Source of the DNA: Paragordius varius
Taxonomy: Eukaryota; Animalia; Nematomorpha
NCBI GenBank assembly: GCA_964247055.1
Contig: OZ176051.1
Coordinates: 10,602,001 to 10,666,000, forward strand
Direction of reading: 5' to 3'
DNA: 64,000 nt
Of the stretch, positions 41,401 to 54,169 are shown one piece after another (within the stretch, counting starts at the first letter, position 1; each line of letters starts with the position of its first letter). The notes below the pieces were generated by a model. That model made no database searches. It had not been told where the DNA came from and was given only the letters and a program-made list of their open reading frames with translations. The translations under genes and the position numbers were made by a program.

Positions 41401-44400
41401 AATTCCAGAAAACTTTTGAAAAATTTCGAACACAACATATGGACTATTTAATCCACCAATTGCAAGTTTCTATTTTAAAAATTTGAAAAAACTTATTAAT
41501 TTTACCAAGATTTATTATAATATCACAATATTTTTGCCTATATTTGTGGGTCACTCATGATTTAAATAATAAATTTGTTTTTAACACATTAGATAGGATG
41601 AAAAATAGGTATAAAGTGTTTAAATTCATACACATATGTGGGATAATTCTCAATTTTAAGGTATTGATTTATGTTATATCGACCAGACTGTTGAATCCAA
41701 TCGCAGATATCCTCGGGCATTGAAGCTAAAAAACAAAAATGTAATTTATATATCCATTATATATTAGCACAAAATGAATATAAATAAAGATAAATTGGTC
41801 TAAAATGATTTTTTTACTCGTTGTTTCCCGGGTTGTTGTAGTTATGGTACTACTCATAGGTGTTGTAGTTTCTATACATGAATTGATAGAAAAAATGACA
41901 ATTAATTTTAATTATTTAAATATATATAATTTTTTTATAATAAAAAATAAATATACCTTCTGATTCTTCGCAATCTTTGATGACAATTTTGAATTTGTGT
42001 CGATTACCGGACACTTCGAAGTTCCCAATCAAATAAGTAACGAAAGATTTCGTATAAATTTGGGAACTAATGGCCCCCGTTGTACCATATTCCTCCACAT
42101 ACACATTGACATTTTGTTGTATAACTTTGTTCTATACACAAAAAATCAAATTATTTTACAAAAATTTATTTACAAATTATATTTTCATATTTATAGTGTC
42201 AAACTTAGAGTAATTTTAAAAAACTTGGATATTTTTGCATAAATTTGCAGTTTTAACAAGCTGAAATAATAAAGGTCATGTTGCGTTAAAAGTAAAAAAA
42301 CTAATAAATAGAATAGTATAACCAGATAAAAGCCAAAATGAATATCATATAAACGAAATTAAAATGGAGAACTGTTCTCACGAAAAACATCGGATTGCGA
42401 CAAGGGTTTTATCGAAATTTAGCACCCAATGCTAGTTTCAATCCAAAAACCAAAATTTTAAAACTTTTGACTCAAATTTGCCATCAAACTTTGACATATA
42501 TCATATAAAACATATTAAAATATTGTGTTTGATAATGTAATAAAACTTAATTACTATTTTCGTTGTGGAAGCAGGTACGAAACAAACAACATTGGCAACA
42601 TCGTCATCAAAATGGAGACGACATAATTTCATCGGTTCTGTCACATAGGGTGAATCAAAAGATACCACAAGCTAAAATTTTATAAATAGATAAATGAATT
42701 AATTAATTTTATAAGATTATCAATATCAATACATGATTGACAAATTGAATTTGCTAATAAACTTACATCACTTTCTATGGTATAATTTCCTAGGACAGAA
42801 TCTTCCATATCCCTACGATATGTGTTATGAAGCCAAACAATTTCATTTCTTCTAGAGTCACCAACACCGGCTCCTTTAGATCCACCCATATCTTTTACGG
42901 TAAAGATTTGATTTCCGCTTACTACCCATGTGATAAGGCCATTTTTGCGCTCTAATTCAATCTTTTCTGGTCTAATATTTGTATATACGGACAATTATAA
43001 ATGCGGTTAAAAAATCTCGATTTTTATATCCCTAAATCAGTGGTGTTACCAGAAAGGGGGTATAGAAAATCTAAGGGGAGGGGGGGGGGGCGAATAATTA
43101 AGGAAAACGTAAATTTATGTTGATTGACATAATTTTTATTATTATTTTATTTAATTTAAATTAAATTTATAGTATTGGGAAGAATCATTGTTTGTTAACA
43201 CACATATTTCTCTAATCATTTTTTCTTACTAAATATTAAAAATAAAATAGCGTTTAAAAAGCTAAAAATAAAAATGTTTTAATAAATTTTGCATTTTTAT
43301 AGTCGTTTTTTTTGGAGAAGAGGAGTGCGGGGGGAGGCACAAGATTTTTTTCTCAATTGGTGGGATGAAAAAAAAACGGTTGGGAACCACTTCCCTAAAT
43401 GTTTTGACCAAAATGAATATTTATTTCAAATATTTTCATATCATTTTTTGCGTTAAGCAAATGTATTACATGAAATCCGGAATGGGTTCATCAATTACAT
43501 CTCTAATGGTATAATTTCCGGTTTCCGTTACTATATCACACATGTCTGGGATTGCTACATGTAAGTATATGTATATACAATATTTAATTCAAAATATATG
43601 AAAAAATAAATTATTTTCCAATGAATTTGTAATAAATATCTTTACGCATTGGGGTTGTGGTTAGCGTAGGGACAGTTGGAGTCGTAACTGTAGTTGTTTT
43701 TTCGGATGTTGCTAAAAAAATAATTGATTCAGAGAAAAGGTAAATTGCTTTTAACCTCTGTATTTTGAAAGCCTTATTAGGACAGTTACGGATTTATTAG
43801 TAAAAATATTTTAGTTAAATCTCAATGATTTCAACGTCTTTTTTATTCACTTTTATTTGCGGTTAGATCAATTATTTGGAAATATAACCATATGCATTTA
43901 TTTTGATTGAATAATTAACTTAAAATAAAATTTACTGCCAAATAAAATCACTTTAGAAGTGTAAGTTTATAAATATCCTGGTTTTGTAGATAATATTATT
44001 ATAGTAAAGTGTTGTGTTCAAGAACCCTGATCAATCGAATTTATATAAATGGAAAATTAGTTACTTGTTTGAGACGACGTAGTTTTAGATGGTTGGCTGG
44101 TTGAAGTTGTATCACCAGATCCTGAACCACTCACTGTAGTGGATTCTGTTTCAATAGTTGTCGATTCTAACATAAACCAATGACGCATTAAAAATTAAAA
44201 AAAAACTGTCCCACAAAATTATATTAATTAATGGGAATAAAACTTTCATTTGGAAATAATATTTTACCCGAAGATGATAAAGTGGTTGATTTTGGTGTGG
44301 TAGATTTCGTGTCAAACTCTGCCCCAGTAGTGGATTGCGTCTCTGTAATAGTAGGTGTTGGGGTGGTAACCGATGGTGTAGGCATAGTGGTTGTCGTAAC

Positions 44401-47325
44401 TTTAATGACAAAAAGAAAAGAAAACAAAATTTTAACATAAATGTTATTTGGGAAATTATTTATTATAATTAAAAGAAAAAAATAAAGCTATTTTGCATAC
44501 ATGGGGAGCATTCCTCCAATAAAATTTTGAATGTATGTTTCCCAGTTTTAACGATTCTGAAGTCGCCATAAATAAGCGTTATGAATTTTGGTAATATTTG
44601 GCCATTACTGCCAATTATTTGAATACCGTCCGTGCCTTGGACAATGGTATCCTATATAATAATAAAATAATAAATATATAAAAAACCCTTCACATAATTA
44701 ATTTAATTTTTCTCTGCTAAAATTATTTTTTTCAATAAATCCCTTTATCAAAAACCATTATAATGATTATATTAACAATTTTTACATCGATTTTAGTATT
44801 TATTTTAAAACATTGATCGTGCTTCTCAAGTTAAATCATTTAAAAACCAGAAAAATATTTGCCTAAACAACATCGCTACCCAAAGAGCCTAGTGTAATTA
44901 AGATACTTTTCTAAAGCAGATAACCTTATATTTAGGATGTTAAGCAAATACAATTTTTAGATTGTGTTACATAAATTATATAATTGATTCTCCATACATA
45001 CCTGGTTTAGAGTTGTCATAGGAATAAAGCATGTCACCGAAGGGGTAGACACTAATTCAACAGCGCAAAGTTCAATGGGGGAAACCATTGTATTGTTTAT
45101 AATTATTTTGAGCTGTGGAATATATATATATATAACTAAATATTCTGCTTTATGAGATACGGAATTAACTAACTTTTACTTTAAAAAATTTTAGATTTGT
45201 AATAAATAAAACAAAATCAGGTGTTCATATAAAAGCTACTTACATCACTTTCAATAACGGTATTATTGTATTTGTTATCAGCATTATTGTTTTTGTGCGT
45301 GAATGAAAATCGTTCTAGCCATACGATTTGATCTGTTTGAGTACTTGGTACTTCAGATAAGTTTTTCATTTTTGGAATGTAAATGTCTTCCGCTGATATG
45401 GGCCAATAAACTAGATCCATAGTGCGTTCAAGGTAGACTTGTTCCTCGCTATATAAAACAAAATAAATCGATAGTTATTTTTAGACTATGTAAATGTCAA
45501 GTATTTTCCTAAATTAGCGTATATGGTTTCAAAAAAGGAATTATATTCAAAACTTTATAAAAAGACCCGCAAGTTTTTAATTATTATATTTAATAAACGA
45601 TTAAAAATCTAAGCTAGAGCTACATTTTTTGACCTAAGAATAAGTTTCCAACTATTGCCGCTATCAAATTTATAATATTGTCCAAAATTTTGTTGTTCCG
45701 AAGTTAAATTCCAAAATTAATAAAATTCTTATGGTTGAAATCATAAAAGGTAAAAATATTAAAGAGACTTACAATATAGCAGGTAAGGGTTTAATAAAGT
45801 CCCTGATCTTGTAGAATCCGGATTCCGTTACAGTGATACAAATTTCTTTGTGATCTAAGAATGTTATCAAAAAATAAAAACAAATAAAAATAAAAAGTTA
45901 AAGTCTTAAAAAGTGGATAAAAAATTAATTTTCATACCAACAAAAATGGTGGTTTGAGTGGATTGTGTTGTCGTAATGGTTTCCAATGATGTGCCTAAAA
46001 AATTGTATTGAAATTTTTGTATAAATCTTATTAATTTTGCTCAATTTTTTTAAAAAAATAAAAAAAATACTTTGCGTTGTAGTTACGCTGGGAGTTGTTG
46101 AAAATCCAGAACCAGAGCCAGAGCCTAAGTAAGGGATAAAAATATTAAAAAAACTCAAAACAAATTTAGTTAATAAAAACGTAAAATGGGTTATTTTTAA
46201 TAAATATCTAAAAATCTTATTGTAAAGTAAGATGTAAACCTGTGGTGCTTGCACTGGAAGGTGTGGTTGAGAATCCTAAATCATACCGAAAAAAATATTT
46301 AATTGGAGCTAAACTATGCCAAAAATAAATTGAATATATATCAAACATTCTTTTAACTCAAAGTTTTTTATAAGTCTTAAAAAAATAAAAGTTAATGTTT
46401 TGAATGTTAATTATTACCAGTGGTTGTTGTATCCATTGAAATGGTAGTTTCTTCAGTTTTAACTGATGTTACAGTCGATTCCAAAGTTGTGGTGCCAGAT
46501 CCACTTTCTGTAAAATATTTAACATAATCAATATGTCTTTCTATAAACAGATTTTATAATTAATGTGATTTAATAAGTTATTTTATTAATTTGACACATA
46601 AATTTTATATTTCTTAATCATAGCCTTTAAAAAATGTTAGTTATTAAAATTCTTTGGGGCACATTGTCAAATACCTTTTTATACATACTAGTTAATCTCT
46701 AAATATCATTGGGTCAAAATTACCCCATATTCTTGCCAATGATAAAATTGTGGTCTTACATGTAATATTTATTCTGCTTAATATAGTTGTTTCAAATTTA
46801 TAAGTTAATGTGTAGACCTGTGGTGGTTGTATCAAATGGTGAAGGTGTCGTTTCTTGGGTTATAACTGATGTATCGGGTGATTCTTTGGTTGTGGTACCC
46901 GAGCCAGTTTCTAAAAAAATAATCGATAACATTATGAGTTGAACTATGAGAAAATTATCATTAGATATATCAATTAATGAGGCAAACAATCAAAAAATTA
47001 GGCTGGTCCAAATAAAAATCTTACTTTAAAAAATAAATTTTAAAAAACGGTTTATTATACGAGGAGATCATTTAAATAAATTTGATTATGTCTGAATTTC
47101 CATACTTTTAACTAAATATTTGTGTTTAAAAAAATTGCAAAAGTTTTAAACAAACCTTCAGTTGTTGTTGGGGTCGTGGTGGTCTCAACGGTGTCGGCTG
47201 AATAAGTCATAGTTGATTCAGTTGATGTCCCAGTGGTAGATTCTGATCCGGAACCAGATTCTAATGAATTTTATGAATTTTTTATTGCATAATTAATTTG
47301 TGGTTGAAAAAATATGGATTGCATA

Positions 47326-47359
<34 letters not shown>

Positions 47360-50300
47360 GTTAAGGTTATTCCTTTATTTGAATTTATATATAATAAGTT
47401 TAGGATCGTTTAAATAGTATGGTTGATATTTTTTTGAACAATCCTAAAACGCGTTTTATTACAAATAGATTTAGGTTTCGATCGAAATTAATACCATTCT
47501 ATAAAAACACCCAAATATACCAAAAATAATATGGTTTATTTCGATATGTCAGAAAATAGAGCTGAATTAATTAGCACTTATATACAATTATCTGGCTGAA
47601 TTTTAAGGGACCTTTAAAATATGGATAAGTTTTAACCATAATTAAAGGCCTTGCCAGTTTATATTTACTCTGCTTTTTTAAGTTGCTCCCATAAAAGAAA
47701 CTTTAAACTAAATCATTTTTAAATATTTCCAAAAAAGATTTAAAATTAATGGCAAATATTTATAAACCTTCAGTGGTTGTTGGACTAGTTGTGGTATCAA
47801 CGGTATCAGCTGAATAAGTCATCGTGGACTGAGTTGGTGTTACGCTTGTAGATTCAGATCCGGAGCCAGAATCTAATGAAATTTATATATTTTTTATTGC
47901 ATAATAAATTTGTGGTTAAAAAAATGGGATGCATTGCATAATTTTTTAATTGTTAAGGTTTCTGCTTTATAAATCATAAATTTAAGACCGTTTAAATAGA
48001 TCTATGGTTGATATTTTTTTAAACAATCCTAAAACGCGTTTTATTACAAATAGATGTAAGTTTCGATCAAATCAAATGCCATTCTATAAAAACACCCAAA
48101 TATAATAGAAATATGGTTATGAGATTTTGATATGTTAGCAAATAGACCTGAATCAATAATAACAATCTTATATAGATTTATTTGGAATGGATCTTTAAAA
48201 TATGCATAAGTTTTAAGCATAATTAAATGCTTTGCTAGTTTAAATTTACTATTTTATGCTACTTTAAAAAAAACTTCAAACTAAATTATTTTTATAAACC
48301 TTCAGTGGTTGTTGGGGTCGTTGTAGTATCAACGGTATCAGCTGAATAAGTCATGGTTGATGAAGTTGGCGTTCCGGTTGTGGATTCAGATCCAGAGCCA
48401 GATTCTGATTAGTTTATTAATTAATTTTGGTAAAATAATTTTTGTAAAATTCGCACTAATATATACAGTATGCATTTTAATGGTTGCTTATTTCACAATA
48501 TAGTTGGGCAATTCGCAACATAGTAGTGTATGGAAAAACAACAAAGTGTTGAATGAACAATTATTTTCTTTCTTTTTTCAATACACTACTGTGCTTTGCT
48601 ATAGTGTGAAATAAGCAACCATTGAAATCCATACTGTATTTAACGGTTGTGGAACGGGAATCGAAAATCTTTAATGATCCTTGCAAAAATATATTCTGGA
48701 AAGTTAAAGTTGTTAATTTATATGAGTTAATGATAGTTTTAGATCTATGTTAGATATATCCGATTTTTTTGAATAACATAGCTGTTGACAGCAACACATT
48801 TATTAGTAAAATATTGCAGCAAAAAACGATTATGTTTAATAAATTCATAGTATTAGGAATGTTCATGAAAATAAACCAGATAAATTTGAAGCATTTGCTT
48901 TAGATAACATGATCTAATTATTGACTGGATTATTAACGGATTAGTTTATAAATGCTATGCAATTTTGCATAAATTAATTTTTGTTGACATTACAAGTTAA
49001 ATATTCGGCTAAATAATATAATTAACTATAATCTTAATAATGATACATAAAACTTTTTCTATAACTAAAACACAATAACCTGGCAAAGTTTATACCTTCG
49101 GTCGTCGTTTGGGTCGTGGTCTCAACGGTATCAGCTGAATAAGTCATGGTTAATTGAGTTGGTGTTACGGTTGTCGACTCAGATCCGGAGCCAGATTCTA
49201 ATTGATTTATAATTTTAGCTGTTTTTTGTTAAATAACTTGACTAAAAAATAGGATGCTTTTTGTAAAAATTATCGGGGCCCAAATTTTAAATTACCTCCA
49301 AGTTTTTCGAAAGCCAAATTAAAGCCATATCAGTTCACAAAACCTTATCATTGTTAACATCATACCAATAATTTGTTACGAAATTTAATCCTACTGTTTT
49401 TAAAAAAGTACCGTATACATATCAAACTTCCTAGGTGGTATAACCTTAAAAAAGAGAGTAGAAGTAGAAATGGTTTATACCTTCAGTCGTGGTTGGGATA
49501 GTTGTGGTATCAACGGTGTCTGCTGAGTATGTCATGGTTGATTGAGTTGGTGTTGCGGTTGTTGATTCAGATCCAGATCCCGATTCTAAATATTTTAGAA
49601 TTTTAGCTTTTTTGTTAACTTGAAAAGCATGCTTTATAAAAATTAATCTCGAGCTCCGCAGTTTTAACGGATCTCAAGCTTCCCAAAAGCCAAATTAAAG
49701 CCATATCTTTCCTTTAAGATCCTAATTCTAAATAATTCTTACAAATTCGATTAATTCCTGGATTGAAATCTATTTTTCTTAGAAATTTGATTAATTCCTG
49801 GAATCCTTAAAAAAATAAAAAAATAGAGTTTTAACCTTCAGTAGTGGTTGGGATGGTTGTGGTATCAACGGTGTCTGCTGAGTATGTCATGGTTGATTGA
49901 GTTGGTGTTGCAGTTGTCGATTCAGATCCGGAGCCAGACTCTTAAATATGAACATTATTTAATGATTAACCGCATTTTATCAAGGGGGGGGGGGAATAAA
50001 AAATAGGTAAACATCCGATAGGGTTATATGAACAATTAAGAGTGTAAAAGTTAAGTTAATATTTATTTATGTTTTTAGTTTATAATTATTTTAAGATCTA
50101 TGTTTGCATTGGTTCATGGTTAACCTGAATTTAAATGGATGCTTTTACCAGTTTAAAATCATGCAATACAGCAAAAAACTACTAATTTTTTTACCTAAGA
50201 TAACTTCCATTTTTTAGAAAATTAAAACGTTAATTTTATTGCTTTGTATAACTCGTTAATAACAAGCTTTCTAAGTAGACTCAATTTTCACTCTTATCTT

Positions 50301-53300
50301 AAATGATTACAAAATATTGTTAATTTTCATTTTAAATGTATTGATAATCATTCCCAAAGCATTTTTTATTAAAATACCTATTAGATAACTTTTTGCTCCA
50401 AAAGTTAGACAATAACGCGAAAAAAAGTCGTTTCTCTATCAAAAATATAATGTATTTCCATTTGTCTTAAAATATTAATAGCCATTTTAAAAAAGTTACA
50501 AAAAAGGTCCAAAGTTTATACCTTCTGTGGTCGTGGGGGTCGTTGTGGTATCAACTGTATCAGCTGAGTATGTCATCGTTGATTCAGTTGGAGTGCCGGT
50601 TGTCGATTCAGATCCGGAGCCAGAATCTAATTCGTATAATAAATTTAGCTTTGTGTTTTTTACCCCACTGTTAATTTATTTAAACAGACCATTTAAAAGT
50701 TTATCAAAGGATAGAATAATAAAACAGTATATATTTTATTTGTCTAAAATTATATCATCATGAAACTCTAAATATATTGCTAAAACTTTATTAATTAATT
50801 TTTTTAAAAGATATTATATAAAACCCTAGACTCCTAGTTTATATCTTAGCATCTCCAAAAAACACTTAAATATCAAAGGATACCCTCTGTGGTCGTTGGG
50901 GTCGTTGTGGTATCAACGGTATCAGCTGAGTATGTCATCGTGGATTCAGTTGGTGTGCCGGTTGTCGATTCAGATCCAGAATCTATTTTAGAAAATAATA
51001 ATTTTATGTGGAAAATAGAAATCATTTAATAAATTATTGTATTGATGGCATGCGTGTTAAAAATAGATGGCGATGATTTTATCAATGCTTTTTAAGAAAA
51101 TGATAACTTTGTATAAAAACAAATCGATAGCTTTATATGTGTGAAATTAATGATTTAAGTATAAGCCCAATCAAGTGGAAAAAGTAATTTATTTTCAAAC
51201 CTGTCGTGGTTGTATCAAATGGTGAGGGAGTTGTACTTTCGGTTACAACTGATGTTTGAGGCGACTTCATAGTTGTGGAGCCAGACCCAGTTTCTATAAA
51301 AAATAACTTATTTATTAATTTTATTATGATTAAAATATCTTCTTGCAGTTTAAATAAGGGTTAAAAACCAAAGAGGTTATTATTGCGTTGGCATCCCTGC
51401 CTGCCACTACTTATAAGACCAGCCAAATACTTTTGATATGTTAATGAAGTGTTTACTTTATAAATATATGGTGTTAAATGAATTTTATCTTAAAAATCAT
51501 CAAATTAATTCAAACGGTTAACTTCATAATAACCACTTTCTTACATTTGTCTTAACGATGACAGTTTATGACCTCGTATGATGAAATTAAAAACCTTTTA
51601 ATATTTAATTTTCAACGCTTTATAAATTTAACCTTAATCGGAATCGAATTATACAAGAAATACTTATAATAATTTATAACCTTCAGTCGTGGTTGGGGTC
51701 GTTGTGGTATCAACGGTGTCAGCTGAATAGGTCATGGTTGATTGAGTTGGTGTTGCAGTTGTCGATTCAGATCCAGATCCAGATTCTAATTAGTTCAAAA
51801 TTTTAGCTTTATATTTGACTGGATAGCTTTTTTTAAACATATAATCGGGCCCAGCAAAATTTAAATGAAGATGTATATTTATTCAAAAACCAAGTTACAA
51901 CAATATCTCTTCATTTTCTTTTATATAAACTAACATAATTATTCTAAATATGTTGCTTAGAACTGTAATTTAACTGTTTTTTTGAGAAATTTAGCTTCCT
52001 AGCTATTAAAGCCTTAAAAGTCAAAAATAGAATTTTTTACCTTCTGTTGTTGTGGGGGTCGTTGTCGTATCAACGGTGGAAGAGTAGGTCGTGGTTGACT
52101 GAGTTGATGTTTCGGTTGTAGACTCAGATCCCGAGCCAGAATCTGTTAAATAAAATATATTGTAAAAATGAACATTAATTAAAGAACCAATTTAATAAAT
52201 GGTAGTGAAATTAAAAAGTTTTGGACGGTACACTTTTTGTTCGGTATAGTCTAACTTTATAAGTTTGCTTAGGATCATGAATCACTGCAATCATAGGTAG
52301 TCAGACCGGTTTTATCTTACCGGTAAAAAACCCAGCCTTACCCATAAAATTCTTAGCGGTGTTTATTTAATAATTTTTCCATATTTTCATAATCGGAATT
52401 TAAATGTATAGCAAAGATTGGTAACCTTCAGTCGTTGTTGGGGTCGTTGTGGTATCGGTGTCAGCTGAATATGTCATGGTTGACTGAGTTGGTGTTCCGG
52501 TTGTGGATTCAGATCCAGAACCAGATTCTATTTCAAAAACAAATTTATTAAAACTTAAACCATTATTTCACTACCAGTCCGGACTTTTAACATTCTTTTT
52601 ATTCATGCAAAAGCGAGTTTAAAATTTATAGTTTAGGTTTATAACCTTCAGTTGTCGTTAGGGTGGTTGTGGTATCAACGGTATCAGCCGAATATGTCAT
52701 GGTTGACTGAGTTGGTGTTCCGGTTGTGGATTCAGATCCAGAACCAGATTCTATTTCAAAAACAAGTTAATTAAAATTTAGTTAATGAATGTTATGTGAT
52801 GGCATAAATATTGAAAATTGTCAAAGATCCTTTCAAAACATATTGTGAAAAATGAGAGTTTGACTCTGCATAAAACCATTATTTCACTGACAGGCGGACT
52901 TTTTGAATTTTTTTTACTCACTCAAAAGAGTATTTAAAAATTTAGTAAAGGCTTATAACCTTCAGTTGTCGTTAGGGTGGTTGTGGTATCAACGGTATCA
53001 GCTGAATAAGTCATCGTTGATTGAGTTGGTGTTCCGGTTGTAGATTCAGAACCAGATCCGGACTCTAATTAATTTAATTTAAATAATAGTTATTGTCAAT
53101 TAATTCATTAATGATATTATAAAATATATTTTGTTATGTGGTGGCATGTATTTAAAATATTTATTTATAAAACAACGGTTCCCGGTTGCTTTACATATCA
53201 TTTCTTAATGAAACAGAACAATGTTATTAATAATGTAAATCGAAAAAGAGTTAATACAAATTTTATCGTACTAAAATTAGACTCTATCTAAATCAATCAT

Positions 53301-54131
53301 CGATTTTAATTCTAATTTATATAATTACCAGTTGTGGTTGAGGAGGCAAGAGGAGTTGTAGTAACAGGTTCAGCTAAAACAGTATAAAATGCTTATATTT
53401 GAGACCGTTATGGAATTAAAAAACCACAAATGCTTATTCGTTGGCATTGTGATGACTATAAATATTATTCGAAACAAAATAAATCCAAATTTATCTTTCT
53501 TATGGCTCTTGTAATATCTAAAATGATTTAATTATTTAATAAAATGCATCAGCTTTTATCATTTGAAAGGCAAAAAATAAAATTATTTTAAGGGTTTAAG
53601 TTTTAAGTCTTGTACATGTATCTGCTCGTTAGAAAGAAAATTGGTGTTTATACGCCATGATAGATAATGAATTCGCAGAATATTATGCTAGAAGATTTTA
53701 AATCGTAAAGTGAAATATATGCACCAAAAAATATAATGGATTAGTAATAAAATAGAAAAAATTAGCGATAAATCCAATTAAACTTTAAAATTAAAAGGTT
53801 GACGGTTTTTCTGAAATTTCAGATGAAATTACCAATAATTTTGAGTAATGTGTAATAGATAATAAATTTTTTAATAATAAAAAACCTTAAAGTATAGTCC
53901 TTTTTAAATTCATTAACTTTGTTTCCAGGTATAAGTGCATTTGGGAGAAAATAAAATTTTGCGGTTTTATCATGGATTAAAATATTTGAAAATAATTTTA
54001 TCATTCCATTGAGCATTGGATTAGTTATAAAAAGTATCATTAGGTGTATGCCACACACTTAGTTTGGAAAATATTTAGATAATCCCCTCAAAAATTTAAT
54101 AATGAGTTGAACATAGATAAATACCTTATGT

Positions 54132-54169
<38 letters not shown>

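Noticed and set aside
42767-43554. Fibrinogen-related (FReD) or COLFI identity for the module, suggested by C-D-x..G-x-Y-x-I and E-x-x-W-L
   Set aside because: Diagnostic FReD motifs (YCDM, GGGWT, GFG, GWW) and the COLFI Cys pattern are missing. The resemblance is too weak to call without HHpred or Foldseek.
53819-54058. 79-aa minus-strand ORF in an intron
   Set aside because: GTG start, AT-driven composition, no fitting splice sites or recognisable domain.
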